Origin: the human T2T-CHM13v2.0 reference genome, Homo sapiens
NCBI RefSeq assembly: GCF_009914755.1
Contig: NC_060926.1
Direction: 5' to 3' (one strand)
Length of the DNA stretch: 64,000 nt
The translations under genes were made by a program, and so were the position numbers. Shown piece by piece: positions 28,526 through 43,144 of the stretch. The notes beneath the pieces were generated by a model. It was given only the letters and a program-made list of their open reading frames with translations. It had not been told where the DNA came from and did not search any database. Position 1 is the first letter of the stretch, and each line of letters opens with the position of its first letter.

Positions 28526-28883
28526 TAGAGTTATTTATTTCTAAAAAAAAAAAAAAAATGAGGTATATATTTTTCAGATAGTCAAAGCACACTATGTATA
28601 TGACCGCATTCTGCTAAATCTAGACTGTAGTTCAGGGACATTCAGAATGTATGTTACCGTAATTGCTTCATATTCCCGTGTTCTTCCATCAAACCACTTG
28701 GGCAGGTGTCTCACTCTGATACTCTGATATATGATCTTCTTCATACTACTTCTAACAGAATTTACCCTCATTTAATGCACGGCAGGTACTGAGCACTCTA
28801 TAGTGTGCTTTACATACTAATTTCATTATACCCGTTTTATAGAGGAGAAACTGAGGATTGATGAGGGTAACACGTAATCCAAG

Positions 28884-29297
28884 TGATATAGTTTGGATAT
28901 GTGTCCCCTCCCAAATCTCATGTTGAATTATAATCCCCAGTATTAGAAGTGGGGCATGGTGGGAAGTGATTGGATCATGGGGGGGTGGATTTCTCATGAA
29001 TGGCTTAGCACCGTCTCCTTGGTGCTGTCCTCACAATAGTGACTGACTTTTCGTGAGATCTGGCTGTTTAAAAGTGGATGACACCCCCCTCTCGCTCTCT
29101 TCTGCTTTTGCCATGTGACATGCCCACTCCCCCTTTGTCTCCCATCATGATTATAAGCTTCCAGAGGCCTCCACAGAAGCAGATGCCAGTGTTATGCTTC
29201 TTGTACAGCCTGCAGAACTATGAGCCAATTAAACATCTCTTCTGATAAATTTCCCAGTCTCAGGTATTTCTTTATAGCAAAAAAACAGCCTAATACG
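28884..29297 (+). mobile_element. MST (MSTA-like) MaLR solo LTR inside a MIR
   Basis: tgatatagtttggatatgtgtccc ... cagcctaatacg, TSD ccaag/acaag. Confidence 0.88.
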
Positions 29298-30641
29298 ACA
29301 AGATTATATTGCTGCCAAATAACAGACCTAAGATTTCAGTTGCTGCTCTAGACACCATACCATGTTATTTTCCGCTGTGATCTCTAACACTCCTTTAAGT
29401 GCTTTGCTTCTGTGACCGTGTCATCTAAGTGAGTCTAAATAAAGCCAGTTCCTAGTGTGTTGGCATTCAAGAATCTAAGGGCAAATTCCATTTCTACCAG
29501 TTACTAGAGAGATGGAGTTGGATCTATTACTCAACCCTCTCTAAACCTTAGTTTTCTCATCTGTAAAATGCAGATGATAATAGAAGCTTTGTCATGAGAT
29601 GGTTGTGGTGGTTTCATGGTGCTATTTCCTGTAAAGGAGTCATGTAGCACCTAGCACAGGTAATTACTCAATATGAAACTGAGAAATACCACATGAAGTC
29701 CTGTAAATCTATTTACTCTTAAGAGTCTCCTTGATAGGTTTTCAGCACATTTTCATATTCAACATTAATATACGCACATTTTTGAATAAATTGCATAAAT
29801 ATTTATTATAGTGGCACTTTTCTTAGAGCTAGGATTTCAAAATATATACAATGAGAAATTTCTATTCTTCTGCTGACTATTAACTATTATCATTAGATTA
29901 TAAAATGAAGAATAACAAAGGCTTTTTTTAAATCCAAGAGAACACAGAATTTAATCAATTATTCTAAGACAATACAAAGATGCAGCCTGTTCATGCGTAC
30001 AATTTTATATCAATTATCATGGGAAAATATTGAGATCATTAAAGCAAAGCTCTAAAGCTTACAGAAGACTAATCTGATATTAGTGAAAAACATGAATTGA
30101 AAGTGTTTCCAGAGAAAAGTAGTGGTATTGCTAAAATGTTAGTTTTATTGGAGAAAATTTAATGGTTACATTAAAAATATATAATAACTATTTGTATTTA
30201 ATGTATATTTTTCTTTTTCTGTTTGCCTTCTTAATTTGATTGGCAGATCCTTCCCTCTAGGGATTCCGGTAGTTATGGTTCTGTGGAGGCCCTGCTTCAC
30301 TTATCACAAACACCACCAAATGGAACTGAATTAAGGAAATGTTACTGAAGGTTAGACATGGAATGGGACTCTGGCTTGAGACGCTCATGTTGATCGTTTA
30401 CAGTTAAAGGCAGTCATATGAAATAGTATAATGAAGTGAAGGGGAGTAAAAGAGGAGAGAGAAGAAACGTAGTTGCATGTGAAGAGCATAAGTGTACACC
30501 ATTCTGTTGTGCCCAGGGACTGCTGGGCAGAGTGTACATTTTAAGAAATCTTTGTTGTTAAATAAGTGAAGGGATGAATTTTGTTGCTCTCTGAAATTAA
30601 GAAAACATATAGTATTCTGTTAATTAAAATAATGTGTTACT

Positions 30642-30766
30642 GGACGGGAGGCTAAGGCCGGAGAATGGCGTGAACCTAGGAGGCAGAGCTTGCAGTGAGC
30701 CGAGATGGCACCAGTGCACTCCAGCCTGGGTGACAGAGCGAGACTCCATCTCAAAAAAAAAAAAAG
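30642..30766 (+). mobile_element. 5'-truncated AluY (right arm only)
   Basis: Y diagnostics gagaatggcgtgaacc and gagcttgcagtgagc, poly-A tail, tgttactgg on both flanks. Confidence 0.88.
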
Positions 30767-30782
30767 AAGGATTATATGTTAC

Positions 30783-31146
30783 TGGGATATTATCAGCCAT
30801 AAAAAAGAATAAGATCATGTTTTTTGTGAGAACATGGATGGTGCTGGAGGCTATTAACCTTAGCAAACTAACGCAGGAAGAGAAAACCAAATACTGCAGT
30901 TTACCACTTTTAAGTGGGAGCTAAATGACAAGAGCATACGGACACCTAGATGAGGACAACACACACTGGGGCGTTTTGGAGGGTGGAGGGTGGGAGGAGG
31001 GAGAGGACAAGGAAAAATAGCTACTGAGTACTGGGCTTAATATCTGAGTGATGAAATAATCTGTACAACAAACCCCCATGACATGAGTTTATCTATATAA
31101 CAAACCTTCACATGTACCCCCTAACCTAAAATAAAAGTTAAAAAAT
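30783..31146 (+). mobile_element. L1MA/PB 3' end fragment
   Basis: cagccataaaaaagaataagatcatg ... acaaacccccatgacatgagttt ... aacctaaaataaaagtt. Confidence 0.85.
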
Positions 31147-31527
31147 GAGTGTTGCTTTGCATGTTGCTTCTGGGAGTACACATTCATATGACATTTCTGA
31201 AAACCACCTGCCCATACTTTCCACAACTCTTATCCGTGCATGCCTATTAGTCAGCCATGCTTTCCACGAGGAATCTATTTTAGATGATAGACACCAAACG
31301 AAAGACTTACACACTGAGATATTCAATTTGTTATTCTTAATTAAAAAAAACCCTAAACATTAGAAATACATTCACCAATAAGTACATTGATAAGGTTAGT
31401 ATGCAGACATGAAGATGATGCCCCTTTGCCCTCAAAAATGTCATGGGAAAATGTTCCCATGTTAACTGAACACAGTTGGGTGCAAAATATTACACTATGT
31501 AACTATTGATATGAATGTATTATTTTA

Positions 31528-31740
<213 letters not shown>

Positions 31741-31748
31741 TCATTTCT

Positions 31749-32722
<974 letters not shown>

Positions 32723-34369
32723 CATTAAAACAAATACATACATAGTTTCATATATATAGAAACATGAAAATGTTAATAGCAGCTATCTTTGGATAATGTA
32801 GCTATTTGTGATATTTTTTCTTGCCCCTTTCTATATTTTTTATATATTTAATATATACTATTTTGCGACTAGACAAAGTTCTTTATTTTAAAATGGGTGA
32901 TATAAAGGTATTTTGAAATCTAGTGCCTATAAACAAATAGGCATGTGAAATGAACAAACAGGAAATGTGAAATTCTATTACACTTAAGAGTTCTGAGGAA
33001 ATTTTCTGATTATTAAATAATGCTTTCCTTTGAAATCAAATGAAATTTTCAATCTTAATACATAGGTTACTGCTTTGATGATGAGTTGTCATGGGTCCCA
33101 CCAAAGATAACAGATAATTTAGCTGCCACAGTAAAGGGGACTGATGTGATTGGAAAAAGTGACAAAACCAATAAAGCCAGCAAATACTCCTTAAAGCCAA
33201 AGATAACATCCCACGGCAAAAGCTTTAGTCCTGACTGAGAAGGATCCTTTATCACGGATAATTGTTTATGAGTCTATGTGTTGCCTCCCCCATATCTCTG
33301 AGGGATGAGGCTGTCAAATGATTTCTAGTTGTATATGCAGATAGGTGGTGAAACGAAATCAAACTTGGACAATCCTATGGAGCACTTCACTGATTCTGGA
33401 TAATGAGACTTAAACCAAGAGCCAAACCTCTTGGAGCCGGCTGGATAGTTTCTGACACAGTTTAAAACAACAACATCATCACACCACAAAAAGGAATGCT
33501 CTTAAAAGCAGTATCTTCTAATCTCCTAATGTGTAAGAATGGCCAATACTACTGGTTTCATTTTTCTTTAACTACTTTAGTGGACTCCAGGATTTATTGA
33601 GCCCTTTGTTCGATTTACTGTCCTTTCTATATTTTCTATACATTTAGTATATATTATGGGGACTATTTAGAAAATATTTAAAGCCTGTAGAAAAATTTTT
33701 AAAGAAGAACCAAACATGCAGCATGTTGAAATTGGATTAAAGAATATTCCTTAAGAAAGAGTTGGGAGGATAAGCTTGCCCAGGTGATTTTGGCTCCCAT
33801 TTTGGCAGGCATATTAGGATTCAATGAATGGCTCTCCAGAATGTACCTGGAGTTTCTATTATTACAATTATAGATTATTTCCACTTAATTTAGGTAACAA
33901 TTCCCATCATGAATGCATTTTCCAACTTGTTAGGTATTAAAAAATTATAAATAAAAATATAGTAAACTTAAAATAGAAGTAGTTTTATATCAAAAACATT
34001 TAGCAATGAGAGTATAAACAGAACTGAGAAAGCGGGAGCCATGTTGGCCTGCACAGTATTAAATATTTTAAATTAGCTGCCAACAATTGAAGACTGAAAG
34101 AATGTACCTAAAAAAGACTGAGTTTCTGTCTTCTCTGGAAAATGTGGTAAATGGGGCTACACTGGGCAGTAATTGGCAAACTCGGGACCCCTCTAAAGTG
34201 TGGCTTGTGGGCCTACTCCTTTTCATTACAATTATTGGCCTGGAAAATATTTAATTACATGATCCTCGGATAACAAACATCCCAGACATATTTTTCATCT
34301 TAGGTTTTCTCCCCTCAGATTTTTTTGCTTTTGTTTTTGCCTTTCACGTTAGAGAAATTGTTTGGTTTT

Positions 34370-34681
34370 CTTTTTTTTCAAAACTATGTTTAGAGCAATT
34401 TTAGGTTCACAGCAAATTTAACAGGAAGGTCCAGAGAGTTCCCATGTACCCCCTGCTCCTCCACACACATCCTTCCCATTGTCAATATCCCCAACCATAG
34501 TGGTACATTTGTTACAACGGATGAACCCCCATTGACACATCGTAATCACCCAACACCCACAGTTCACATTAGCGCTCACTTTTGGCCTTGTGTATTCTAT
34601 AGGTTTGGAAAAGTGACACATATATCCACCATTATGGTATTAAACAGAGTGAGAGTATTTTCACTGTCCTAAAAATCCTCT
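34370..34681 (-). mobile_element. L1MB-like 3' end fragment
   Basis: ttttaggttcacagcaaatt, gtggtacatttgttacaac, ggtttggaaaagtg. Confidence 0.75.
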
Positions 34682-34695
34682 AGCAAGCTACTTAT

Positions 34696-35136
34696 TACTA
34701 TTTTTTTTAACTTTTATTTTAGGTTTGGGGTTGCACGTGAAGGTTTGTTACATAGGTAAACTCGTGTCACGGTAGTTTGTGTACAGATTATTTCATCACC
34801 CAGGTATTAAGCCCAGCACCCAATAGTTATTTTTTCTGCTGCTTTTCCTCCTCCACCCTCAAATTAACACCATTGGCTGTTGTTTCCTTCTTTGTGTGCA
34901 TGTGTTCTCATCACTGATAAGTGAGAACATGCAGTATTTGGTTTTCTGTTCCTGTATTAGTTTGCTAAGGATAATAGTCTCCAGTTCCACGCGTGTTCCC
35001 GCAAAAGACACGACCTTGTTCTTTGTTAACAACTGCATAATATTCCATGGTGTATATGTACCACATTTTCTTTAACCAATCTGTCATTGATGAGCATATA
35101 GGTTCATTCCATGTCTTAGCTATTGTGAATAGTGCC
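34696..35136 (-). mobile_element. 5'-truncated older L1PA (about PA15-16) 3' end
   Basis: ORF2 C-terminus (LFTIAKTWNEP...KMWYIYTMEYY) with a perfect 14-bp TSD agcaagctacttat (34682-34695 and 35137-35150). Confidence 0.9.
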
Positions 35137-36159
35137 AGCAAGCTACTTATGCATCTGACAAAGAATTGGATATTTTCTTCCTCTTGGAGACAATATCTAT
35201 AAAAATAAAATTCAGTAATTATATCTTCACCCCTCAATGTTAATATGTACCAATCTCCATCTTAAGGCACATTTGCATTTTAGATTGAAGGAAGGGGGAT
35301 TTTCCAATTTAGGTGGAGTTGAATTAAAATTGCCATATTTTATTTCTAAATTTGTTATTTAGTTCTTGAGATGAAAAGAATATCTGATTCACTATTGAAC
35401 TCCACAATATACTTAGTGCAATGCCTGACAATTAGTCAGTGCTCCATAAATGTGGTAGGGTCAATAATGGCACCACTTAAAAGATCTTGTGATTTATCTT
35501 TAAGTAAGTTAATAAAGATGATCTTTTAATTATAACTCCATGCTTTTGTCTGTGAGAGTCTATAGTCCTGAGATACCAATGTTAGTGAATCTATCAGATA
35601 AGTAGAAATCATACATATAAACCGTGAGTGGAAATCTCATAATTTCTGTTTTTTAAAAATCAATACAAGATGCATATAGTTTACAATTGCAATATTTAAA
35701 ACCAGTAGAATTAATGAGGCAATGTATAACAGTATCTACACATTAAATACATATGCCACCTGAGAAGACTGGCAGTTAATATAAATATGTCAAAGTCTGA
35801 ACATTTCTTATGCCATAAGGTGTGGTGAAGATACTACTATGCAGAAGTCAGAAGACTGGAACTTGGGTCCCGACTGTCACTTTTACGAGTTTGACCTTGG
35901 GAAAATTCCCTAATCTCCCTGAGCTTCAGGTTCCTCATCTGTGAAATGGGACTCATATGATTCACTTTACAAGCTTTGTTGTTACCGAAGGGAGATAACT
36001 TCAGTCAATGGTAATAAACATACTTTATAGAGCACCTATTTTGCCCCAATCATTGTGACAGGATTTTTACATTTGCCACTTTAAATCCCCACAGCATCAC
36101 AGTAGGGGAGGTGCTATTTGACTATTACATTTCTAAGGAGACTGAGACTCAGGCTTAGC

Positions 36160-36252
36160 ATTTACTCAGTTGCACTTAATCAAGTGCAACTTGATTTACT
36201 CAGGTGCACTTAATCAAGTGCAATTTGATTTACTCAGTTGCATTTAATCAAG
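36160..36252. repeat. 34-bp tandem repeat (about 2.7 copies) with an internal hairpin
   Basis: Unit atttactcagttgcacttaatcaagtgcaacttg starts at 36160, 36194 and 36228 (partial). Confidence 0.92.
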
Positions 36253-39044
36253 AGGCTTAATTTGGAATCCGAACCTAGACGAAACTGACTCCGGCCTGTG
36301 CTCTTTCCTGGATGCCCTGTTGTCCTCACAGAATACAACGTGCTTTTGTCCCATACTAACTGTCTTTAGAACTGTTTTTCTTTGGGGTGCTCTCGTTTTA
36401 TTGAGATACTGGAGCCCAGAGAAGAGCAATGCAGACAGGAGTGAGGGTTAGCATAAGAAGCTGCCTCTCTGGCTGCACCAGGTTGTATGGCTACTCTTGC
36501 TGAGAGAAGAGGGGTACTTGGGTCATTGAGGGGTATCCCCCAAACACACTGCCAGTCCTAGGTTTCCATGCAAGTAGAAAACCATCCTCCTTTTGACATT
36601 TGAGGAAAGAGGAATGCTCTGCCTAACTAAAAATGTCTGCCACCTGTCTAGTCTTGTGCTGAAAGCCCTAATTCCTTACAGTCATCTAAGATAGAAGAAG
36701 GTAGCAGGATCGGGAATTGGCCACAGAATGGGTAAAATTTGATGGTAAAGAAGAGGGAAGGTGTGCAGCACAGTTTGCTGTCTGGCTGAAGTGCCCTAAA
36801 CAAGGACGCTTGCAAGGACAGGGCCAAAACCTGAGACCTGGGATCCCAGAGGCCTCATGGGATGCTGGAATGGAAGAGGAGGCCCTGATCACGACTTGGC
36901 TTTATAATCCCCTGGACCCCACACCCCACAACCAACCTGGATTCCTGGGAGTGTCTCCTGGTGGGCAAGGCAGCAGAGAGGCAGGTAGGTGAGTTTGGTT
37001 CAACTACCCACATGGCTGACGGAGAGGACCACACCCACAATAAGGGAGTTACAAACACCAGCAGATTTGGAGAGGAAGCAAGAGAGGAGAGGGTAGGGGG
37101 AAAAAAAGAAACACAAGTTTTAGTATTATTTAAGAGGAAAGATGCAGATCTCACCAGGCTGTTTTAAAAAGAACACAAGTAGCTAGATGGTGAAGATGTA
37201 ATCATTTTGTTAAAACTCAGGAAAGAGTTGAAAGTTTGCAAATATATTTCCAGATAACATCTGTCTTGGGTAATACGCTGGATTTGTGTCTGATTGAGCT
37301 TCATATAATTGATGCATTAAAGAGGTAATTTACATCATGTGGATAAAACTTTCAGGACCTTCCAATTTGTTTTATGAATATCTAGGTAAGAAACACACTT
37401 TGTGTTTCTCAGGCTTAATATTCTAATAGAGAGAATTTTAAGACCACATAATTTATGAACATTTATTTCAGCTTTTTTGTATGACTTGTTTACTTTGACT
37501 AAGTCTCTACACAATGCTCACCTGTAAGGCATGCTCTAGTTCTTTTTTGCAATGCAAATCATGCAGATCAATAGGATATTACTTCAAATCTCAAAAGCTA
37601 AAAAGTCATTATAATTATGAAAAAATAAAATCAATGATATCAATGTATATAGAAGCAAGAAGTGAATAAGATGTAGTCAGTGAAATTATCTTTACATCTC
37701 ATTGCCTGATAGTCACTGGTAAATCATTAGAATTCAATACGATTTTACTGTGTGAATGAGAATGCTGGAGAAGAACTAAGGTAGTAAAATATCAGAGACA
37801 TAAAGGCAGGATACCTGCCTTGTGTGGAGGGATTGGGGAAGAGAGCATTAGGGAAGAAGGAGCAACCATCTGTAGTCACAGAAGAGGATCTCCAATCTAA
37901 GCCACTTATAATTCTCTCTGGAAAGGTCTTGCATGCTTTTTTTAGATTTATTCCTAGAAATTTCACATTTATTGATAACATTATAAATGGTTTCCTTTTT
38001 AAAATTTTCCCTTTTTTTTGTGACTCATATGAAAAATTATTTATGTAAATTTTCTGATTTATATTCAGCAAACATCCTAAATTTATTTATTCAGTCTAAT
38101 AATGCATAATTTATCTGCAGATTATTTTTTTATTTTCTATGTACACAATCAAATAAACTGGAAATGCTCAGATTTGGTTTCTTCCTTTCTAAATGTTTTA
38201 CTGTTTGTTTCTCATTTTTGCTTTACTGCTTTGGCTAGGACCTTCAGGAAATGTTGAATAGAGTAATGCAAAAATCCTTAAAGTTACACCACCATGTATT
38301 ATGCTTGCTACAGGTTTCTGTAGATACTGTTTATTAAGTTAAGGAAGTTCTTGTCTGTCTGTGGTTTTCTAGTGCTTTAATTTTATTTGTTAATTTGATT
38401 GATTATAATAGTTGATTTTCTAATGTTAAACCAGGCTTGAATTCCTGAGATAAACTCAGTTTTATAACAATATTATCTTTTTCACACGTTGTGGAACCCA
38501 ACTTTCTAATATTTTGGTTGGGCAGCTGTTCTTTTGATCATGAATGAGACTTGCTATATTTCCTTTGTTCCCCTGTCAAGCTAATTCAGGACATTTCTAT
38601 TTTTCTACTTGCTGGGAGAATTTGTATACTATTGGAATTACCTATTTATCAAATATTTGGCAGAATTCTCCTGCAAAGCTATCTGGGAGTAGAAATTTTC
38701 TGTTAGAAGGTTTTTGATCACAGAATCAAATTAATGTCTGTAGACTATTCATGGTTTCCATTTCTTCTTGAGTTACTTTAGTAAGTTATATTTGTACTCA
38801 AAATTGCCTGTTTTATCTAAATCTTATTTTTATGTATCAACATAACATTTTAATAATGTTATATTATTAATAATACTTTTGTCTGTAATATCTATAATGA
38901 TGTTTACTTTTTTTTTCATTTTTATCATTGTTTTATGGGCTTCTACCCCTCTTTTAAAATTAAGGATACCAGGCATTTGTCAATTTGATTTGTATTTTCA
39001 AAGAACCAACTTTTGATTCATTTATTCTCCATAGTCTATGTTTC

Positions 39045-40006
39045 TTTTTTTGGAGACAGGGTCTCATTCTGTCGCCCAGGCTGGAGTGCAGTGGTGCCAT
39101 CATGGCTCATCACAGCCTCGATCTCCTTGGCTCAAGCAATCCTCATACCTCAGCCTCCCAGTAGTTGGCACTACAGGTAAGCACCACCATGCATAGATAG
39201 TTTATTTATTTATTTATTTTATTATTATTATTATACTTTAAGTTTTAGGGTACATGTGCACAATGTGCAGGTTAGTTTCATGTGTATACATGTGCCATGC
39301 TGGTGTGCTGCACCCATTAACTTGTCATTTAGCATTAGGTATATCTCCTAATGCTATCCCTCCCCCCTCCCCCCACCCCACCACAGTCCCCAGAGTGTGA
39401 TGTTCCCCTTCCTGTGTCCATGTGTTCTCATTGTTCTATTCCCATCTATGAGTGAGAACATGCGGTGTTTGGTTTTTTGTCCTTGCGATAGTTTACTGAG
39501 AATGATGATTTCCAGTTTCATCCATGTCCCTACAAAGGACATGAACTCATCATTTTTTATGGCTGCATAGTATTTCATGGTGTATATGTGCCACATTTTC
39601 TTAATCCAGTCTATCATTGTTGGACATTTGGGTTGGTTCCAAGTCTTTGCTATTGTGAATAATGCCGCAATAAACATACGTGTGCATGTGTCTTTATAGC
39701 AGCATGATTTATAGTCCTTTGGGTATATACCAGTAATGGGATGGCTGGGTCAAATGGTATTTCTAGCTCTAGATCCCTGAGGAATCACCGCACTGACTTC
39801 CACAATGGTTGAACTAGTTTACAGTCCCATTAACAGTGTAAAAGTGTTCCTATTTCTCCACATCCTCTCCAGCACCTGTTGTTTCCTGACTTTTTAATGA
39901 TCGCCATTCTAACTGGTGTGAGATGGTATCTCATTGTGGTTTTGATTTGATAGTTTAAAAAAATTTTTTTGTAGTGATGGGATCTCATTCTGTTGCAAGG
40001 CTGGTT
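39045..40006 (-). mobile_element. AluJ split by an L1PA insertion (pieces 39045-39195 and 39958-40006)
   Basis: Right arm with J diagnostics (ggctcaagcaatcct). The left arm resumes ttttttgtagtgatgggatctcattctgttgcaaggctgg after the L1. Confidence 0.85.
39205..39948 (-). mobile_element. 5'-truncated young L1PA (about PA3)
   Basis: ORF2 C-terminus MFIAALFTIAKTWNQPKCPTMIDWIKKMW plus 3' UTR, TSD gatagttta (39196-39204 and 39949-39957). Confidence 0.95.
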
Positions 40007-41130
40007 ATTTTTTCTTGTATTAATTTCAGGTCTTATTATCATTTCCTTTCTTTACTTTCTTTGGAGTTATTTTGTTGTTTTTAAAATCTCAGAGGATAGG
40101 TGCTTATTATATTTAGTATTATATTTAGCCTTTTTTTAAAAAGTACACTTTTAAGGCTATATGCGTTTCTCTTAAAATGGCTTTATCTTCATTCTACAGG
40201 TTTTGAAATGTGGAATTTTTATTATCCTTAAATTCAAATTACTTTCTACTTTTCATAACAGTTTTGTAGCTCTGCATGCTAGTGAAAGGGTATTTTAAAT
40301 TTGTTATCCATTTAGAAATTTTCAATTTGTCTGTATTTCTATTTAAATTGTATTGTACTCAGATAACATGTTTCACATGACATTAATCCTTGGTATTTGT
40401 TGAGAATTGCTTTATTCTCCACTATGCATGGCCAATTTCTGTAAATGTTACATACTTTCTAAAGGTTTCGGTTGTAGTATTCTACATAGTTGCATTAAGT
40501 TAAGCTGGTTGTGATATACAAATCTTCAAAGTTCTTTATAAGTTTTTGAATAATTTCTTCTTGTAATTCTGTTTGATTTTGCTATTTTTATTTTTGAGGC
40601 AATTTTATTAGGTGAATAGAAACTTAAAATAGCATATCTTGCTGGCAATGTAGGTCTTTACCATTATACTTTATTTCTAGCAATGTCTTTCCATTTTAAA
40701 GTTCCTTTTGCCCAGCTGCATGTTTTCTTTGGTTAGCCATTGGATGATATATATTTTTCCATACTTATTAGTATTTCATGTTTTAAATATATCTTATTTT
40801 GTTTAATTTTTTTAAAAATCCGGTTGATAATCGTTGTATTTTATTTGCAGCATTTAGTTCATTTACTGTTAATGTAACTGCTGATATATTTGGGTCCATT
40901 TAATGTCTGCTTTCCTACAATCCCATCTCTTCTTTATATTCTTTCTTCAGTTGCATTAGTCAAGTTTTATTATTTTTTGGCTTAGTGTGGAAGTTATACC
41001 TTCTTTTTTTTTTTTTAGTAGTTATCCTAAAAATATAATATGTATACTTACCTTATTATGTTCTAAAACTAATTAACATTTTTATCCTCCTCCTGGTAAG
41101 TACAAGGATCTTAGAACATTTTAACTCCCC

Positions 41131-41491
41131 TAATATGGTTTGGCTGTGTCCCCACCCAAATCTCATCTTGAATTGTAGCTCCCATAATTCCCATGTCTGT
41201 GGCAGGGGGGACCCAGTGGAAGATAATTGAATCATGGAGGGAGTTTCCCCTATAACTGTTCTCGTGGTTTTAAGTCTCACGAGAGCTGATGGTTTTATAA
41301 GGGGTTTCCCCTTTCACTTGGCTCTCATTCTCTCTTGTCTGCTGCCATGTAAGATGTGCCTTTCCTCTTCCACCATGATTGTGAGGCCTCCCTAGCCACA
41401 TGGAACTGTGAGTCAATTAAACCTCTTTTTCTTTATAAATTACCCAGTCTCAGGTGTGTCTTTATCAGCAGTGTGAAAACGGACTAATGCA
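41131..41491 (+). mobile_element. THE1 MaLR solo LTR
   Basis: taatatggtttggctgtgtccccacccaaatctc ... ggactaatgca. Confidence 0.92.
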
Positions 41492-42763
41492 CCCTCCTAC
41501 CTTACATTATTGCCTACATTTTTATTATTTTTGACCCCACAGGTTATTATTAATATTGTTTTATACAATCATTATTTGCTTAGATTTGCTGAATATTTAA
41601 AACTTTCTTCATTTTTTATTTCTTTTTGTATTTCACACATCATATCTGAGATTGTCTTTCTTTGGCTTGAAGTAAATCCTGTGTAATATTCTTCAGTGAG
41701 AAGTAACTTTCTCAGTTTTTGTCTGTATAAAAATATCTTTAGTTATTCTTGCAAGATCTCTTCACTGATATGGAATTCTAAACTGCGATTATTTTCTTTC
41801 AGTATGTTGAAAGTATCACTTTATTATCTTTGGAATTCCATTGTTGCTTTTGTGAAGTCAAGTATCAGTCTAGTTATTTTTTAAAAAGGTCATGTATCTT
41901 TTATTCTGGCTGATATTTAAGATTTTCTGTTTATCTTTGGTGGTCTGATGATATTTAGCTGGTAATTCCTTATTTTCTTATCAACTTTTCAATACTTTTA
42001 AAATGTTAAATTTTTTTTTGCAATTTTAGTCATTTTCAGCAAGAGGACTGATGAATAATTTTGTCATATTTCTGGAACAGAAATTCACAGGCATTTAACA
42101 TTTATCTGACAGTGTTGGGAAAAACACAGAGAAGGACAGCACCAGCGGGCTTAAAGAAAAATGTGGATAGCATAAGAGAGACTTAATAATATTTGTGAGC
42201 AGAAAAGACTAAATTAGACAGAACTGGCCTATTGCCTGAAAAGCTTCCCAGAAAGAATCAGAAGTAGTTGGATAGAGAAGGATGGCAAATAGGATGTCAA
42301 TCTTTGATGACTCCTCACTCTCGCTCAGTTAAAAAAGCAACTTAAAAATGATCAGGTTTTAGAATGAGATGCAAAAATGAAAAATAGAATCAACCATCTA
42401 CTTTCTCTTTTCTCACATAAATTCACTCAACCAAAAGTAAATAAATAAATAATTAATAAAACGACAGACAAAATGCAAATCTTCATGTAAGTCCTAAACT
42501 GTAATGTTTAAAGACATTGCACTTACAAGGGGAAAATATACCTGCATTTTCCATTTCATGAAAAAAAAGTATGTGAGCCAAATCAACATTTAAAACATTC
42601 TTAACTTGTAAAGAATATTAGGGAGATTTTATAGAATTCCCCTTAGTTTTTATATTTGAAGAAAAAAATTAGTTAAACATGGTAGTTTTAATTTGGACAG
42701 CACTTTAGAACTTAGAATAGTCAATATTACTTATTAAATTCTATTTTTGTACAATTTGTAAAT

Positions 42764-42765
<2 letters not shown>

Positions 42766-42852
<87 letters not shown>
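42766..42852. repeat. Compound (CT)n(AT)n(T)n tail microsatellite
   Basis: Directly visible, lies in the tail of the adjacent AluY. Confidence 0.95.
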
Positions 42853-42854
<2 letters not shown>

Positions 42855-43144
42855 AGATGGAGTCTCGCTCTGTCACCCAGGCTGGAGTGCAGTGGCACGA
42901 TCTAGGCTCACTGTAAGCTCTACCTCCCAGGTTCACGCCATTCTCCTACCTCAGCCTCCCGAGTAGCTGGGAGTACAGGCGCCTGCCACCATGCCTGGCT
43001 AATTTTTTTTTTTTTTTTGTATTTTCATTAGAGACGGGGTTTCACCATGTTAGCCAGGATGGTCTCTATCTCCTGACCTCGTGATCTGCCCACCTCAGCC
43101 TCCCAAAGTGCTGGGATTACAGTCTTGAGCTACCTTGCCCAGCC
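42825..43144 (-). mobile_element. AluY
   Basis: Diagnostics aagctc...gttcacgccattctcc and tcctgacctcgtgatc, TSD taaataaact (42759-42768 and 43146-43155). Confidence 0.93.

Larger units (their letters stand above)
37915..41960 (-). mobile_element. Old, highly decayed L1M ORF2 region hosting younger insertions
   Basis: T-rich L1M motifs throughout (ttagatttattcctag, aatgttgaatagag, ttaagttaaggaagttc, ttttcaaagaaccaactttt, gttgagaattgcttta). Confidence 0.75.

Noticed and set aside
30247-30350. Plus-strand pseudo-exon with a strong polypyrimidine acceptor (similar candidate at about 15431-15651)
   Set aside because: Splice-like signals are common in T-rich DNA. No recognisable product, and it cannot be supported without transcript data.
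36160-36252. CRISPR-like palindromic 34-bp repeats
   Set aside because: Units are contiguous with no spacers, there are no cas genes, and the context is a primate intron.
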